Shown here: positions 50,957 to 63,472 of the stretch, one piece after another | How the letters are laid out: every line of letters begins with the position of its first letter | Position numbering within the stretch: position 1 is the first letter of the stretch | Source: Moniliella sp. 'wahieum' | Taxonomy: Eukaryota | Reading direction: 5' to 3' | Assembly (NCBI GenBank): GCA_003971905.1 | Contig: RSEE01000010.1 | Span: forward strand, 496,001-560,000 | Length of the DNA: 64,000 nucleotides | Made by a program: the position numbers and the translations under genes | The notes under the pieces: model-generated | Seen by the model: the letters and a program-made list of their open reading frames with translations, nothing else | Databases searched by the model: none | What the model was told of the DNA's origin: nothing

Positions 50957-53408
50957 ATGTCCGACATTGACTTTGACTCGGACTACGACGACCATGGCGC
51001 GCGCGTGGCCGACATCTTCTCCTTTATGATCCATTCGCAGGGCATGGGCCCACCCTCGGCTCCGCGCATCCCCATGCCCCCGCCTGGCTTCTTCCCTCCC
51101 CCTGGCGTGCCCTTTATCATGGGTGGCGGCGTCCTGCGCCGTAGCGAGCGTGACGAAGCCGAGGACGACCCGCCCGGATTTGACTTCTTGGATGATGAGG
51201 ACGAAGGCGCAGAACGCCCCTATTATCCTATCTTTGATGACGTTGAGTATGAACAGAGTGAACCGGAAGATGACGACGACTTTCACCGCCGGTATGCCAC
51301 GTTCGGACCGCACTTTATGGGTGCGGGCTGGGACTTTGTTCCCGACGAGCCAGTGCGCCCGATGCCCCCCCGGGTCACCCGGCCCCTGCCGGCCGGCGTG
51401 CATGCGCGCTTCAATGGCGACTTTGGCAAGGTAACTATCCCTTTTTTTCTCTTGCTCGTCTGCACTTGCATGGTATTGATAAGACGCGTCTTGCGCCCAG
51501 ACTCCGCATCGCCCCCCGTGGACCAGCAACTTTTACCTAGACCTAGTGCAGGCGAATCCTGCTATCGCGCACACCTTCCCGCGTCTGTTTCCATTGATGG
51601 GCAAGACAGCATCAGGGAACCTAGATGTCGCCTCGTGGCTAAAAAAGACCCAGCCCTCCGCCAGCTCCAGGCCTTCACCGACGGCGGACTCGGGCAGATG
51701 GGATGTTGCCGATGTGATGCGCTCCTCCTTTGGTGGGCTGGGCAACCCAGCAGAGCGAGTGTATCAGGCCCGTGCTTCTTGTCCTGGAGTGGGGCAAGGC
51801 TGTGGCCGGCCTGACATGTCGACGTATGTTCCCAATGCGTTTGGGGCCGACGTGGCCATGTACCTCGGCTCGCCCTACGTGTCCCAATATTCGGCCGATG
51901 GCTCGCTGTTGGTAACGTGCACACGGGACTTTGCTGCGCACCTCTACGCGACCCAGCCGGGGTGCAGTCCGCCTCTGCACGCGTGGAATGGCAGTCGCAA
52001 AATTGAACTGTCCGAGTGGATGGACACGCATGCCCCCCGGCTGGAACGCGGCTCTCAGTTAACGTCGATGGATTTGCGCAAGACATTTGCCACATCCGAG
52101 CATTACTCCTGGACCTTGACCGACGCCGATCTGTCGGTCAAGAACGATTGGTTGATCTACAGCTCCCTGACTCCGTATGTGCATTTGGCGCCTGTTGCCC
52201 AGTATGTGCACCCGCAGGCACCGCCCGCCGACGCGTTTTCCCCCTTTGACGACGCGGATCCGCCCGAGTACTCGGCCAAAAAGTGGTCCTTGTACTCCTC
52301 GGCGGATCAGGGATCCAAACGGGCGGGCACGGAGGAGAACGACGGTGTGAACGAAGAGGTGGTGCTCAACCTCGGATCCTCTACCGACGATCCGTACACT
52401 TCGGACGGGGCGCTGTTCAGCGTCCGCTTTTCCCGCGACGGACGAGACATTGTGGCCGGGGCACGAGCGGGCCGAATCCATGTGTACGACATTGAGGCAC
52501 GAAAGAAGTCCTTCACCATCAAAGGGCACGGACGGACGTGAATACTGTCGCGTTTGCCGACCCGGCCGGCTCGCACGTTATTCTCAGTGGAGGGGACGAC
52601 CACGTGGTCAAGATCTGGGACCGACGTTCCATCCAAAACAACAAGTCGATGGGCGTACTGTATGGGCACACGGGTGGGATTACCCACGTGTCACCCAAGG
52701 GGGATGGACGATACGCTGTTTCGAACGGCAAGGACCACAATGCCAAGCTGTGGGATCTGCGGATGCTCAGCAATGACTCTGCCTCTGCTTCAACGGCCGG
52801 GACTGCGAGCGGGGGCAGGAGTCGGCCAGGCGGACTCCCGAGTGGAAAGAAGGATGGATCGGTGGTGACATACACTGGGCACACAGTTTCCCAGACCCTG
52901 ATCCGTTGCAATTTCTCGCCCATTGCGACAACAGGGTCGCGGTACATTTATTCGGGTTCGTCGGATGGCTTCATTTATGTACGTTTTTTCCCCAGGCGCC
53001 TTAACGGGTTAGTGGTGTGGTCGTGGTGTGGTCGTTGGCTGACAGGAGCATGCGGGGGAACAGATCTGGGCGTTGGATGGGCGTTTGGTCGAGACGATTG
53101 ACCGATCACAGGCGGCGACGATGCTTCCCGAAAAGTCCTTTTTGACCTCTGACCCCCGTGCGATCGATCCGTCGGGGGCGGAACGAGTGCCGCATGGCAA
53201 CCTGCGTTGCTCGGCCCATTGCGAACATCACCGGGCGGGGTGGGTGGTGGTGCGGGATGTGTCGTGGCACCCGTATGAGCCGGCGCTGATGTCGGCGACG
53301 ATCTCGCATGGCCAGCACCTGGCCAAGCACGAGTGGAAGGGCTTTGGCAAGTCGGGGCTGACGAGCCTGGAAGACTTTGCGGAGAAGACGCGGCGGGAGA
53401 CGATGTAA
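50957..53408 (+). CDS. DCAF11: WD40 protein, DCAF11/WDR23/LEC14B-like CUL4-DDB1 substrate receptor
   Basis: WTLTDADLS, FSVRFSRDG, VKIWDRRS, GHTGGITHVSPKGDGRY.VSNGKD, LWDLR, TLIRCNFSP and VRDVSWHP. Confidence 0.85.
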
Positions 53409-53881
53409 CACGTTGGCTGGCTGCAGCTCGCGCACGGTGTGTGTGGTGGTGGGGCCCCATGTAGTAGGACGATGTGTTTGGGATGCTGGCGGATGCTTCT
53501 TGTTTCGTTCGAGGTGAGGGACAAGACAGAAAGGCCTGCCGCTCTGAGTGGGAGAATGGGTGTGTGGGTGCCCTGGGGCAGCGTCGACCGCCGGGAGAGG
53601 AAACGGCGAGATCATCGATAACCCCGCGCTGCCAGGGGACAGCACCGGTGACGTGTGACATGTGACAGCTCTCGGGATGACGTCAGGCAGTGGGGCACCC
53701 GCCCAGTGTCGGACAAGGCAGGCCGGCGTGCCAGGAGGCGCAACTGACAGAGTCGATAGTCCCAGCTGCGCACAGACTGAGCGCTGCTGAGCTCAGCCGC
53801 AGCGCCCAGGCTCCCAGCCCAGCCTCAGCCTCAGCTGAGATCGCCAGTGCCCCCCCCCCACCACCATCTCCCTCGCGCCCG

Positions 53882-56493
53882 ATGAGCAGCACCAACCCCT
53901 TCATGCCCGCCTCGGCGCCGCCGGCGAGCAACCCCTTTGGTGCCCCGCCCACCGACGCCCCTGTCGCCGCCAATCCCAATCCATTCGCAGCGCCCCTTCC
54001 GCCGTCTGCGCCCGCCGCCCAAGGCTCCCTGGGTCCTGGCAGCAACCCATTCGCCGCCGCCCCCGCCCTCCGCCTCCCTCTCCACCGACCTGGCTGGGCT
54101 TAGCTTCGGCGCGGAGCCCCAGATGGACGTATTCACTCCCACACCGCGCCTGTACTAGCCCAACCGTCTTCCCCGCTGTCTGCCCCGTCTGGTGATGCGT
54201 TTGGCTTTGCCTCGGCTGCCGCTGCCCAGGGACAACAGGCCTTCTCGCCTCCGTCCGCTGCAGGTACCAACCCCTTTGCCCAGGCTTCTCAGCCTGAAGC
54301 AGGCAGTTCCATGTTTGCAGCGTCACCTTTTGATCTGCAGCAGTCCCAGCCCCAGCCCCAGCCGCCCGTACATACCTCGCCATTTGGAGAGGCACCTCAG
54401 CTGGATACCGCGTTGCCATTTGGTGCCTCCCCCGTGGCAGCTCCATCTCCGTTCGCCATTTCGAATCATCCGACCCCGGGGCTGGGTGCACCCCTTCCCA
54501 TCCCCGGCGTGCCCACCGCTGCACCCGAGAAGGACGAGCCGCCACCGAACGATCATGGGGTTCAGTGGGACGTGAAGAGGGTTTTGTTCCAGCAGCCTGA
54601 TGGAAGTGTAACGGACCGGCAAGTGGTCCAGCAGAACGGGCTGGGCGCTACGCCGCTCATTGCGCTGGTGAATGTCCTCCTCTTGCGCGGGGAGGTGAGC
54701 CTTACGCCTCCCAACCGACCCGCTGTGGACCATGATTACCTCTCGTCCTTGGTGGGCGAGTACTTGCTGGGCCGCGAAGATCCTACTCCCGACGCCCCCG
54801 GTTCTCTCGAGGACGCACTCAGTGTACTTCCGTACCTTTCGCGCCGTGTTACCCTCAACGCCAGCCTGACCGATGCCCGTGCTTTCCCTCCCCCTCCACC
54901 CAGCCAAACTGGCTCCGAGACTCAGGTCGCCCGCATTCACCGTGGCGTTGTCGCTCTTTTCCGCCTGGCCGGGGTGGGCTTGGTACATGGTGGCCTGCTC
55001 GATGCGACAAATCAAGCGGCCATCGACGCTCTCCGTCTTACCGCTACGGCGGATGTGGATCGCTTGAGCAGGTTTGTTGCGCAGGCCGATACGACGGCGC
55101 GGCAAGTTTCCGGTCAGGGCTTGGCGCAGCTGGCTTCCGCCTTTGCTTCTACCGCGGGCAAGGCACCCTCTGTGGTCAAGCTCAACGAGGCAGACGAACG
55201 AGCTGCTCGGGCGGCGATCGCGATGCAAACGTTTTTGAAGACACTCGATCTTGCGCCCGCCTACTTACCCGCTGCTTCTTCTACGACCGCAACCGGTTCT
55301 GCTTCGGATTCTGTGGGTGACCATGGTCTGTCCTGGGCCGCTCTGTTTGCACTGGGAGATATTGTGCGGGGCTCCTTATCAAGCCAAGCAAGTGGCCTAG
55401 CGGCGCTGTACCGCGCAGGACGGATGGACGTGATCTACGTGCCGACACAGGAGCAACTGTCCAAACACGACGCAGCTGCTGGGCACCGAGTCCGAAGGAC
55501 TTCCTGGCCTCCTCGTCCTTGCCAACCAACAGCTTTGGCGGCCGGATGACGATCCGGTTTGGCTGGGAGTAAGTGAGCCGTCGGACCCGTTGGGATCGGG
55601 TCCGGCAGGCGGTGGAAAAGGCACTGCGCTGCCCGTACCGGCGCCTGTGGCCTTTGATGGCCGTCTCCATCCGCTCCCGACAATGGAGCGACGCGCTTGG
55701 CTGCTCCGACTCAAACGCGTGGGCGTTGCTGCGCCGACGCGCGGGGCGGAAAAGCACAGTGCCGGCAGCATCGGATCAGCAACCGGGCGGCGCAAATGTA
55801 TCGATGGACCAAACGGACAGCGAGTAGGTCCTCTTCCCCCGTTGCAGATCTGGTCGTGTTGGGTGTACTAACTTTGTCCTGCTTCTTAGCTTTGCCCTTG
55901 CCCTGCATCTCCAGCAACAGGAGAACCGCCGTGCGGCACAGAGGCGCTATCACCAACGGCATCAAGCGCCGCGCGTCGCTCCTACCCCCGAGCCGATCGG
56001 GGGTATTGGGCACGAATGGTACGACCCATATGGCAATGCGGGATCGGGCGTGGACGGGGATAAGCGTGGGATGAAGGACCTGCTCCGCTTCCCCGGCTTG
56101 GGCAAGAAAAAGAAGCGCACCGATGCGGAGAAGTATGCGCCGGGCGCGCCACGCTTGTCTGTTCCCGAGCCGCGCGAGACTGTGGATGCCGGGTGGGATT
56201 CGGACAACGAGTACGCCCATGGCCATGGCTCGCGTGCACGCACGCCGAATGAGATGGCACGGGACGACTACAGTCCCCCGCCCGGCCAGGACTTTGCAGC
56301 TGGTCCGACGGATGAGGAGGTGGTTGAGATGCGGGATGGGAAAAAGGGAGGCAAGATGGGGCGGTGGATCGCCAAGGCCAAGCATGCGGTTGTAGCGGCC
56401 CTGGCTTCTCTTTCTGCCAACGCAAATGCGTACCCGCCCTGCCCTGTCTATCATTCTCTTCCTGTGCCCTGTCTATCGTTCCCTTCCCTTTGA
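53882..56493 (+). CDS. MINDY-1/2-fold protein lacking catalytic Cys/His, with N-terminal NPF repeats and a C-terminal MIU motif; intron 55824-55889; end uncertain
   Basis: QNGLGATPLIALVNVLLLRG, YLSSLVGEYLL, ALSVLP, LFRLAGVGLVHG, ALYRAGRMDVIY and DSDFALALHLQQQE. Confidence 0.78.
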
Positions 56494-57367
56494 TATCCTC
56501 GTTGCGAAGCCCCCCTCTGCTTTTATCTTGGTGGTCTCGGGCGGGGGTTCTCTTGCCCCCCTAGCAGGCCACATTCTTCTGTTCCTTGTGTTGGCTGCCC
56601 ACCCCCGCGGATTGCCTTTACCTGTGATTGGTATCTTGTCACATGCTTTGTGCAGCATGGCACCACAATGGAGTGGACAGGCTCGTTCCCGATTCGGCAG
56701 CGTCTTATGATACTCCCTTGTCCCCCCCCGCTTCTACCCTCGTAGCCTTCCTTGATATCACATGTACCTTGGGCCCGGCGCTCCCGGTTGACAGGACGAT
56801 TAACGACGCGGTTTCCGTAGGCTAGACTGTATCCTCGATCTGCATGTCTTCCAGCATAGAGCGAGTGAGAGAAGGGTTATGCTTTAGCGCAGGAGCACAG
56901 CGTTTCGCACCCGAAGCTCGGCCGCTCGTGCCGAGCTCGCCGAGCTCGGATCGTTGCGGGCGGCTGGCTGCGGCTTCTTCGGGGCCTCTTCGCTTGCGCT
57001 TGAGTTTGAACTTGAGCTTGACCTTACGCTTGCGCTCAACATCAGCTCTCATTTCCTACCCGTGCGCCCTGGCCTTGCTGCGGGGCAGCCCGCCCCTGGG
57101 CATCTCCCTTATCTTGGCTGCAGGCCCGAGCGAATCGCGTTTGCCCCCCCTCCCTGAGGCGCTGACCACCACGACCACAACAAGAGTGCTGTCTGGTCCG
57201 TTGTGGGTATAGCCGAACGTAGTCGTGCGCCGAGTCAGCTTGGCATCGACCTGTATCCTCCCCCCCCAACCTGCGGCTCCCTCAGGGTCTTCCCCCATGC
57301 CTGCCCCAGCGTCCAGATGCTGCTCTCTCGCGCCCCAGCCTGCCACCACAACTGCGGTCGACAGCGC

Positions 57368-59743
57368 CATGGCACCAGAGGCGCAGACAGCCGTCCACGC
57401 AGAAGCCGTGCCCAGTCTCGCCGTTCGCACCGCGGGCGAGTGCAACCGCAACAACAAGCTCATGTGCGGTGCTGGGCGCTGTGCCAACCAGCGTGGTTGT
57501 CCCCACTGGAGTGAACACAGTAGTAGTGGTGTCCCGTGTGGTTATCGTGCGCACCCCTCCCTTCTATCCCTTTCGATCCCCTTCTCACCTGCGGGAACTG
57601 ACCCGATCAAAAGTGTCATCTCGTGACCCAGTTGGGTGCCCACGCAAGCGTCTGCAGGGAAACAGCAACGAACCGGGACCCAACGCTTGTCGCAAGCGCA
57701 CGGCTGAACAGGCCCCAATCTCGATTCCACCTCAGCCCCCCCATCTCTTCTCGGCTGTCACCTCCAATGCTGTCTCTGCACCAGCTTTGTCTGCCCTTTT
57801 GCCTGCAGACGCGTTTTCCAAAGACGCATTCTGGCCCTCCAAGGGGACAGGAGCTTCAATGCTTTCCTCTGCACGGACAACTCCGTCGGCGGGGCAGTTT
57901 TCCTTGGGCCCCATGTCTCCCAGGGCCTCTCTGGTCCCCGCACAGAGATGGGCGGACTCCCGCCTGGCCCGGGGCTTGAATCAGAAGTACAAGTCACCAC
58001 CTCTGCCTCAGCGTCTCTCAACAGCTTGGGTCTTGCAGCGTTTCTACGTTTGCGGATGCTCAGCAGGTCGTGTGCTCCGACCTTGGGCAGTTGAGCCAAG
58101 ATTGTGCTGCCCCCGAAACCAATCCGTTCCCTTTGGCGCATGATGTGTACCCAGCGGCCCATTCGACCGTCTCAACGGCTCCTACTCTTCCTGCCCGCTT
58201 ACTCCCGTTAAACCTACTGCTTGGATCCGTTCCCGCCTCCCCATCCTTTGAGCCCGTTGCCCCCTCTCCCATTGCGTCGTCTGGTGACGTCAACAACTGG
58301 ATGGACTACTGGGACCCAGAACGATTGGTTCCTGGGCGCACACTTGTGGACTCGAAGTTGGCCCATGCAATCCCGTCGGCTGACTTTGGCGAGTGCGATT
58401 TGGGTACTGTTTCTTCTTCCTCCAAGAAACTGGCCCACCAGGTGTGCACAAACACTCCTATCGTTACGCCGGCACCAAGTACGACAACGGCTACCAAAAT
58501 GGCCCAGTCGATTGCCGTGCCTCGCTCCCCACTCAAGGCGATTCTGTCGGGAAATGACAGGGAGAGCGGTAATGACAAGACGATGGATGACCTGTCCTAT
58601 AGCTCAAGCTCATCCGCGCCAGCCGTACCTCCCTGGACATCAAGTGCTAGTGCCTCCCTCGCCGCGCATTATCCAACGGCATGCTGCCCAATGGGAACGA
58701 TGCGCCCCAAAGCGAGGGTTCTTGCAAAGCATCCAATCTGATTGGGTCCTGCCGGTCTGGGTGCGCCACTCCTTGGAACAAGCGGCCGGGACCGGAGCGC
58801 TAGAAGAAGAGCTAGCAGTTGCTGCTCCCCCTACTTCGCTGTGTACATGCTGGACCAAACACGATGCATCGATACCTGGTCCTGGGGATTCATCTGGCAC
58901 GTTGCAAACGTGCACTCTGTTCCAGTCTGTCCCCATCACCCGCATCATCCCCCCCCACCCTACGCGGACCACAGCCACGCTGGCGCGCAGGATCCCAGCC
59001 ACACTCGCCCTGTTCCTTCTGAGAACAGCCACGGACACAACCTATCGTGGGGGTCGAATCCCCCCGTATTATGCGGGTGCACGTGTCTGTGCGCTGCGGG
59101 GGCAGCGCTGATGCGGATGGAGCGCCAAAAAGCGGCCATAATGGCCAACCAGCCGCCTCTTTGTCTCCCTGACAGCCTAGCCCGTTGGATCCCATTCGCC
59201 CTTCACATCTCCAGGCCGTAAGCGAACGGTGTGTGTTGTTCCTTGCTTGCCCTACCTGCCTCACCAACCCCACGACACAGATGCGCGCAACGTGTTGATC
59301 GGCAGCGCTTTGCAGATCTCCGGCAAGGCGGTGCAAACGCTGCAACCGTTGCGGACGGGGGAGGGAAGTGGGCTGGGCTTAGGTCTGGAAAGGCCCTAGG
59401 ACAAGTGGATCTGGATGTGCAGATTGGTGAGTGGCGTGCGTCCAAAGCGAACGCACGTGAGATCTGCCTGTTTGCCATGAAGCGGGAGCTGCGTGACCTA
59501 CAGGGGGCGTTGAGCCGGGGCACAGGTGGGCAGTACGATCGGCCCTGCCAGCGTTGCCGACGTGGAGACGGACAGCGTTTTGCCACCCGTTTCCAAAGTG
59601 AAACGGAGGAGGGGCAAACCGGACAACCAAGTCCTCATGCCGTTGACCAGCTCGTCCTTCGCAAGCTACATCTTCAATTGGGAGAGATTCTGGTTGCGGT
59701 GGAGAACTTGGAAAGGACTAAAAGGTGGGTGGGCCTCTGCTGA
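57368..59743 (+). CDS. Cys-rich hypothetical protein, possibly a degenerate copper-fist (Mac1/Cuf1-like) regulator; intron 59218-59280
   Basis: Fragments KLMC..CGYRA..RELT.PIK..VGCPRKR and CTC...CT..VCPHH, LCGCTCLC. An in-frame GTAAGC...CAG intron joins the last two ORFs. Heavily frameshifted. Confidence 0.4.
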
Positions 59744-60087
59744 AGCACGTAGGACGTCCCGCCGAACCTCGATCTCTACCGGCGCATCGTAGGGAGAAGC
59801 GCCACCGTCTGGGTCCAACACTCGTTCGCCACAGTGATTTTTCCCCTGCATCGATATGTCATCCGTAGCATCTGCCCCGTTTTTGGTCCTGGCCATCAAT
59901 ACTGTATTGCATCCTTCTCTCGGCTCTCATGGATAGTAGTACGATTGAGTAGTACAATTGTTGCAGTAGCAGCACTAAAGTGAACGCATCTTCCAGGGCC
60001 GGACAGTCTACCTCCCCTCCGCCGCCATTCTGTGCTTCCCGCTCGCATGATTGGCATTGGATTATGGTCCGCATCCTGGGCGAGGGA

Positions 60088-62543
60088 TTACTTGAAGATC
60101 ATGGGCTGCAGCCACTGGTCTGCCAGTTCAAACTGTTGCACATAGTCCTTATCCAACTGGCCCTCCTTGTCCAGCAAGCGGACCGCGACCATGAGGGCCC
60201 GCCAGAAGCGGAAGCCCTGGCCAGCTCAAGGCGCACGTCGCGAATTTCTTGGAAATTGCTTGGAGCATCCCGACCAGGATGGATTTGGCCTCTTCCAGCT
60301 CTCGGCATCCGCCTCGTGCGCCGGCTTGCCCAGGAAGGTGAGCAAGCCTTCGGGTGTAACACTTGACGATCACGCCGAGCCCCGTGTTGGGCTCCGATTG
60401 GAACGGCAGGTGAGCGCAATGCCCAACAACAGTTCGTTGTCTCTGCACTTGGCCGCACCCGAAAGAAGCATGTGGCTGGCGATCGTCTCCGCCAGCGACC
60501 GAAGGGAGCGCGTCATCGCACGCGCAAACGCATGGAACGCCAACAGCTCCCGTGACAACGGCGCATCCCAACTCTGCGGCAAAAGCGTCATGGGTACCAG
60601 AGAGAGCGTTCGCATGACCAAAAGCAGATGCCGATTTTCTTCCAGTGCCGTCTCACCCACTCCGTCAATCGCCTCGAGCGCAGGACCACCGGAAAAGACA
60701 GTCTTGCCGTGATTAAAGTACCGCGCGTGAAGCGCATACGCTCGCACCAACTCGAGCGCGACATAGAGCGGCTCTTGCAGCGGGTCGTTGATGTGCAGCT
60801 CCTTGATCGCAAAGAACAAGGCACGACCAAGCTCGGTGTGCAGGTGCTCATGGTTAACAAACCCTCTCAGTTCAAGCAGACGGAAACGCGTGTTGACCAC
60901 CACCTCGTCCTTGCGTTCCAGCGGGGGCTGGTTCGGCCCGCGAGGAGTGATGGTTGCTTGAGCCCCGTGGGTGTTGGCCGTCGCGCCGAGGCAGAGAAGG
61001 AGGTCAATCCGGCCATACGGCTGCTCCGTCAAAGCCTGTGCGATGGTGCTACCCGGCACATTCCAGCGCGAGACCCTGGTGAGAAGGGCCTGGGTCTCGT
61101 TGGACGTCCATGGAAGCTCATACGCATGGTGCGGCTCGAACCAATACAAGGCGGTGACGCGCCGTGTCTTCCAAAACTCGGACAGCTGGTTTGCTGCCAA
61201 CGCAAGGCTGACACACCGCGGGCTCTGAGGCGTCTCCAACAACGTCTTGCGCAGGAAGTGGTGGTACTCGGGCAACGCTCCTCCTTCCAGTGGCTCCAGT
61301 TCAACACACTGACCACTCAAGAGGGAGTGATAAGCTTGTGTCCCAATCAAACCGCGGGCCATGTGGGTGTAAATCTCATCCGGCAAGCGGTTGAAGAAAA
61401 TCTCATGCAAATCCGAAGGAACCTCGGGAAGAGGCGCCCCCTTGGGCGCGAGCACTCCATTTCCCAATCGGATCAAGGGTGGGTTGCCAGGAGCTGTGGT
61501 TTGCGCGTTCTCGGCCCCCGGCCCAGCACGACGACCATCGCTCCTCTTCCCTTGGGCCCGAACAATGGCCACGGGGATGGGAAGGACCTTGCCGTCCTCG
61601 GAAAGGATAAGGGAAAATTTGATCATCGACCGAGCACGACAGAAGGAGTCGAGGTAGACATTCGTCCGGCTCGGGGGTCCGCCCAGGGCCATCACCGCTG
61701 CCTGCCCACCTCGGTATTGCTTGACCAGAGCGACCACCGCGGGGGGGGTCACCTTAGGCGGAGATCCTTGAGGGAGGGACCCATCCAGCAGGGGGGGGAA
61801 GGTGGGGCAGTGCTCAAAGCCAGAGAGGATGCAGGCATCCAAGAATTCGTCGGAACTGCACTTGAGCTCTGACAGGACGGCTGCTTTGGACACGAAGCTA
61901 AACGTCTTCTTTCCAGGTCAATGGACGTGATGACCCGTTCCACTCCGTCAAACATGAGCAGCATCTCGTTTCCATACATCGAGTGGATAAAGCCTGCATG
62001 GTGCCGCTCGAGGTATGCCAGCTGCGACAAAGGTCAGAAGGGCAGGCAGGCGAGGGGGACATGGGGAAGGGCGTACCTGGGCCGAGGCGAGGAAGGGGGC
62101 GGTGAGGAAAGGGACGCTGCGCACCCGCAGGGTTTTGAGCGTGGTGCGGACAAGGTCCTGGGGGGAGAGAGAGTTGGACTCTGCAAAGACGGCCGTTGCG
62201 GCCTCGAGGTCGTGGGCCTCGTACAGCTCCCACGCGCGGGCGCGGTCAGCAGGGCGGTGGTCGATCTGGCTGAAGGGGGGGTAGGAGCGGACAGGGGCCA
62301 TGCCCTGGATGACGGCAACGGGGATGAGGGCGCGCTGGAGGATGTCGATGTGCTGGGAGATGCGTTCGGCGAGGGCGAGAGGCAGGCCGCCGACGGCGGC
62401 GGTGAGTGGCTCGGGCTGCTCGGCGAGCACAGCGCGGACCCAGACGCTGAGATCGATGCCGATGCGGGTGTCTTGAGCGCATCGAGGGGCACTGTCTTGA
62501 CCAGCCCGTGCTCGTGGAGGTACTCGGAGAGGCCGGTGATCAT
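60088..62543 (-). CDS. MKT1: Mkt1 post-transcriptional regulator (XPG/FEN1-like PIN fold)
   Basis: DTRIGIDL, EPLTAAVGGLPLAL, APFLASAQLAYLE, FLDACILSG, PSDLHEIF..RLPDEIY, PLSRELLAFH and LPFQSEPNTGLG. Confidence 0.88.
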
Positions 62544-63371
62544 GGCGGAGGAGGGGGGGAGGTGGTGGTGGTGGAGGCGAGCCAGTCAGTGCCGCTGTGC
62601 CGGGCGTGGCCCCGGCTGCTGGGTGCGGCTGTGCGCTGCTGTGCCCCTTGCATCTGGCCTCGGCCCCTGCCGCCCCGCTGCTGCCCCTTGCGGCCCCGGC
62701 CGTGTACATTTCAAAAACACATGCTGCTCACGTGGAGCGCCGAGCCGCGCTGGGCCGCATGCAATGCATCATGCATGATGCATGATTGAGCCGCCGCCAG
62801 GTGGCTCATCGATCCTCATGCATCACCGTCATGCATCCCAAGCTTTGTCCAGACCCACGCCAGTTCTCCACGCACCCTCCGACGCAGTCGATCGGCCGGC
62901 CAGCGCCTCTCTTTCTTGGCGACGGTGTGGGCCGTGCGTTTTGGCTTGCATGCATCCACACCCGACGTCTCTCCACGCTTATGTCTTCCTTGTTCCCCCA
63001 TTGTGCACACACACCCGAGCGGATGACGGCCATCATGCACACCATGGTTTGGTCCAGCCCTCTATCACCCCAATTCCCAGACGACAGCACGGCCCACCAT
63101 CGTATAGCGCCGCGGAAATATGCGTTTTCCGACTCTTCCTGCCGGAGAGGTTGTGACGCGCCGCTTTTCCTAGGATTCGGTTTCGTCCAGTTTCCCGTAT
63201 GGGCAGCCGACATGTGTTCCAGAGCATGACGGCGACCTCGTGAATCGTCTCCGTGTCCTCTTATACCGACAGGGACAGGGCCTCCCTAGTCTCAACCTCT
63301 TGCGTCCCGTATCATGCGACATGCTACACACCACTTGGTGGTCTGCCTTCGAGACGTCCGACCCGCCACAT

Positions 63372-63472
63372 GTTCTATTAGCTCAGTTGGCTAGAGCGTC
63401 CGACTGTTAAAGACGGCCCACACTTGTCTATTCGACATCGGGAGGTCGTTGGTTCGAGCCCAACATGGAACG
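63372..63472 (+). tRNA. tRNA-Asn(GTT) with ~27-nt intron
   Basis: GTTCTAT/ATGGAAC acceptor, TAGCTCAGTTGG, TCCGA-CT-GTT-A...TCGGG anticodon arm, GGTTCGAGCCC, T-run. Confidence 0.93.

Noticed and set aside
60628..61872. 414-aa + strand ORF
   Set aside because: Antisense shadow of the MKT1 coding region.
31389..62543. Functional cluster of signalling and ubiquitin genes
   Set aside because: Neighbourhood of unrelated housekeeping regulators is normal in fungal genomes, and there is no evidence of co-regulation.
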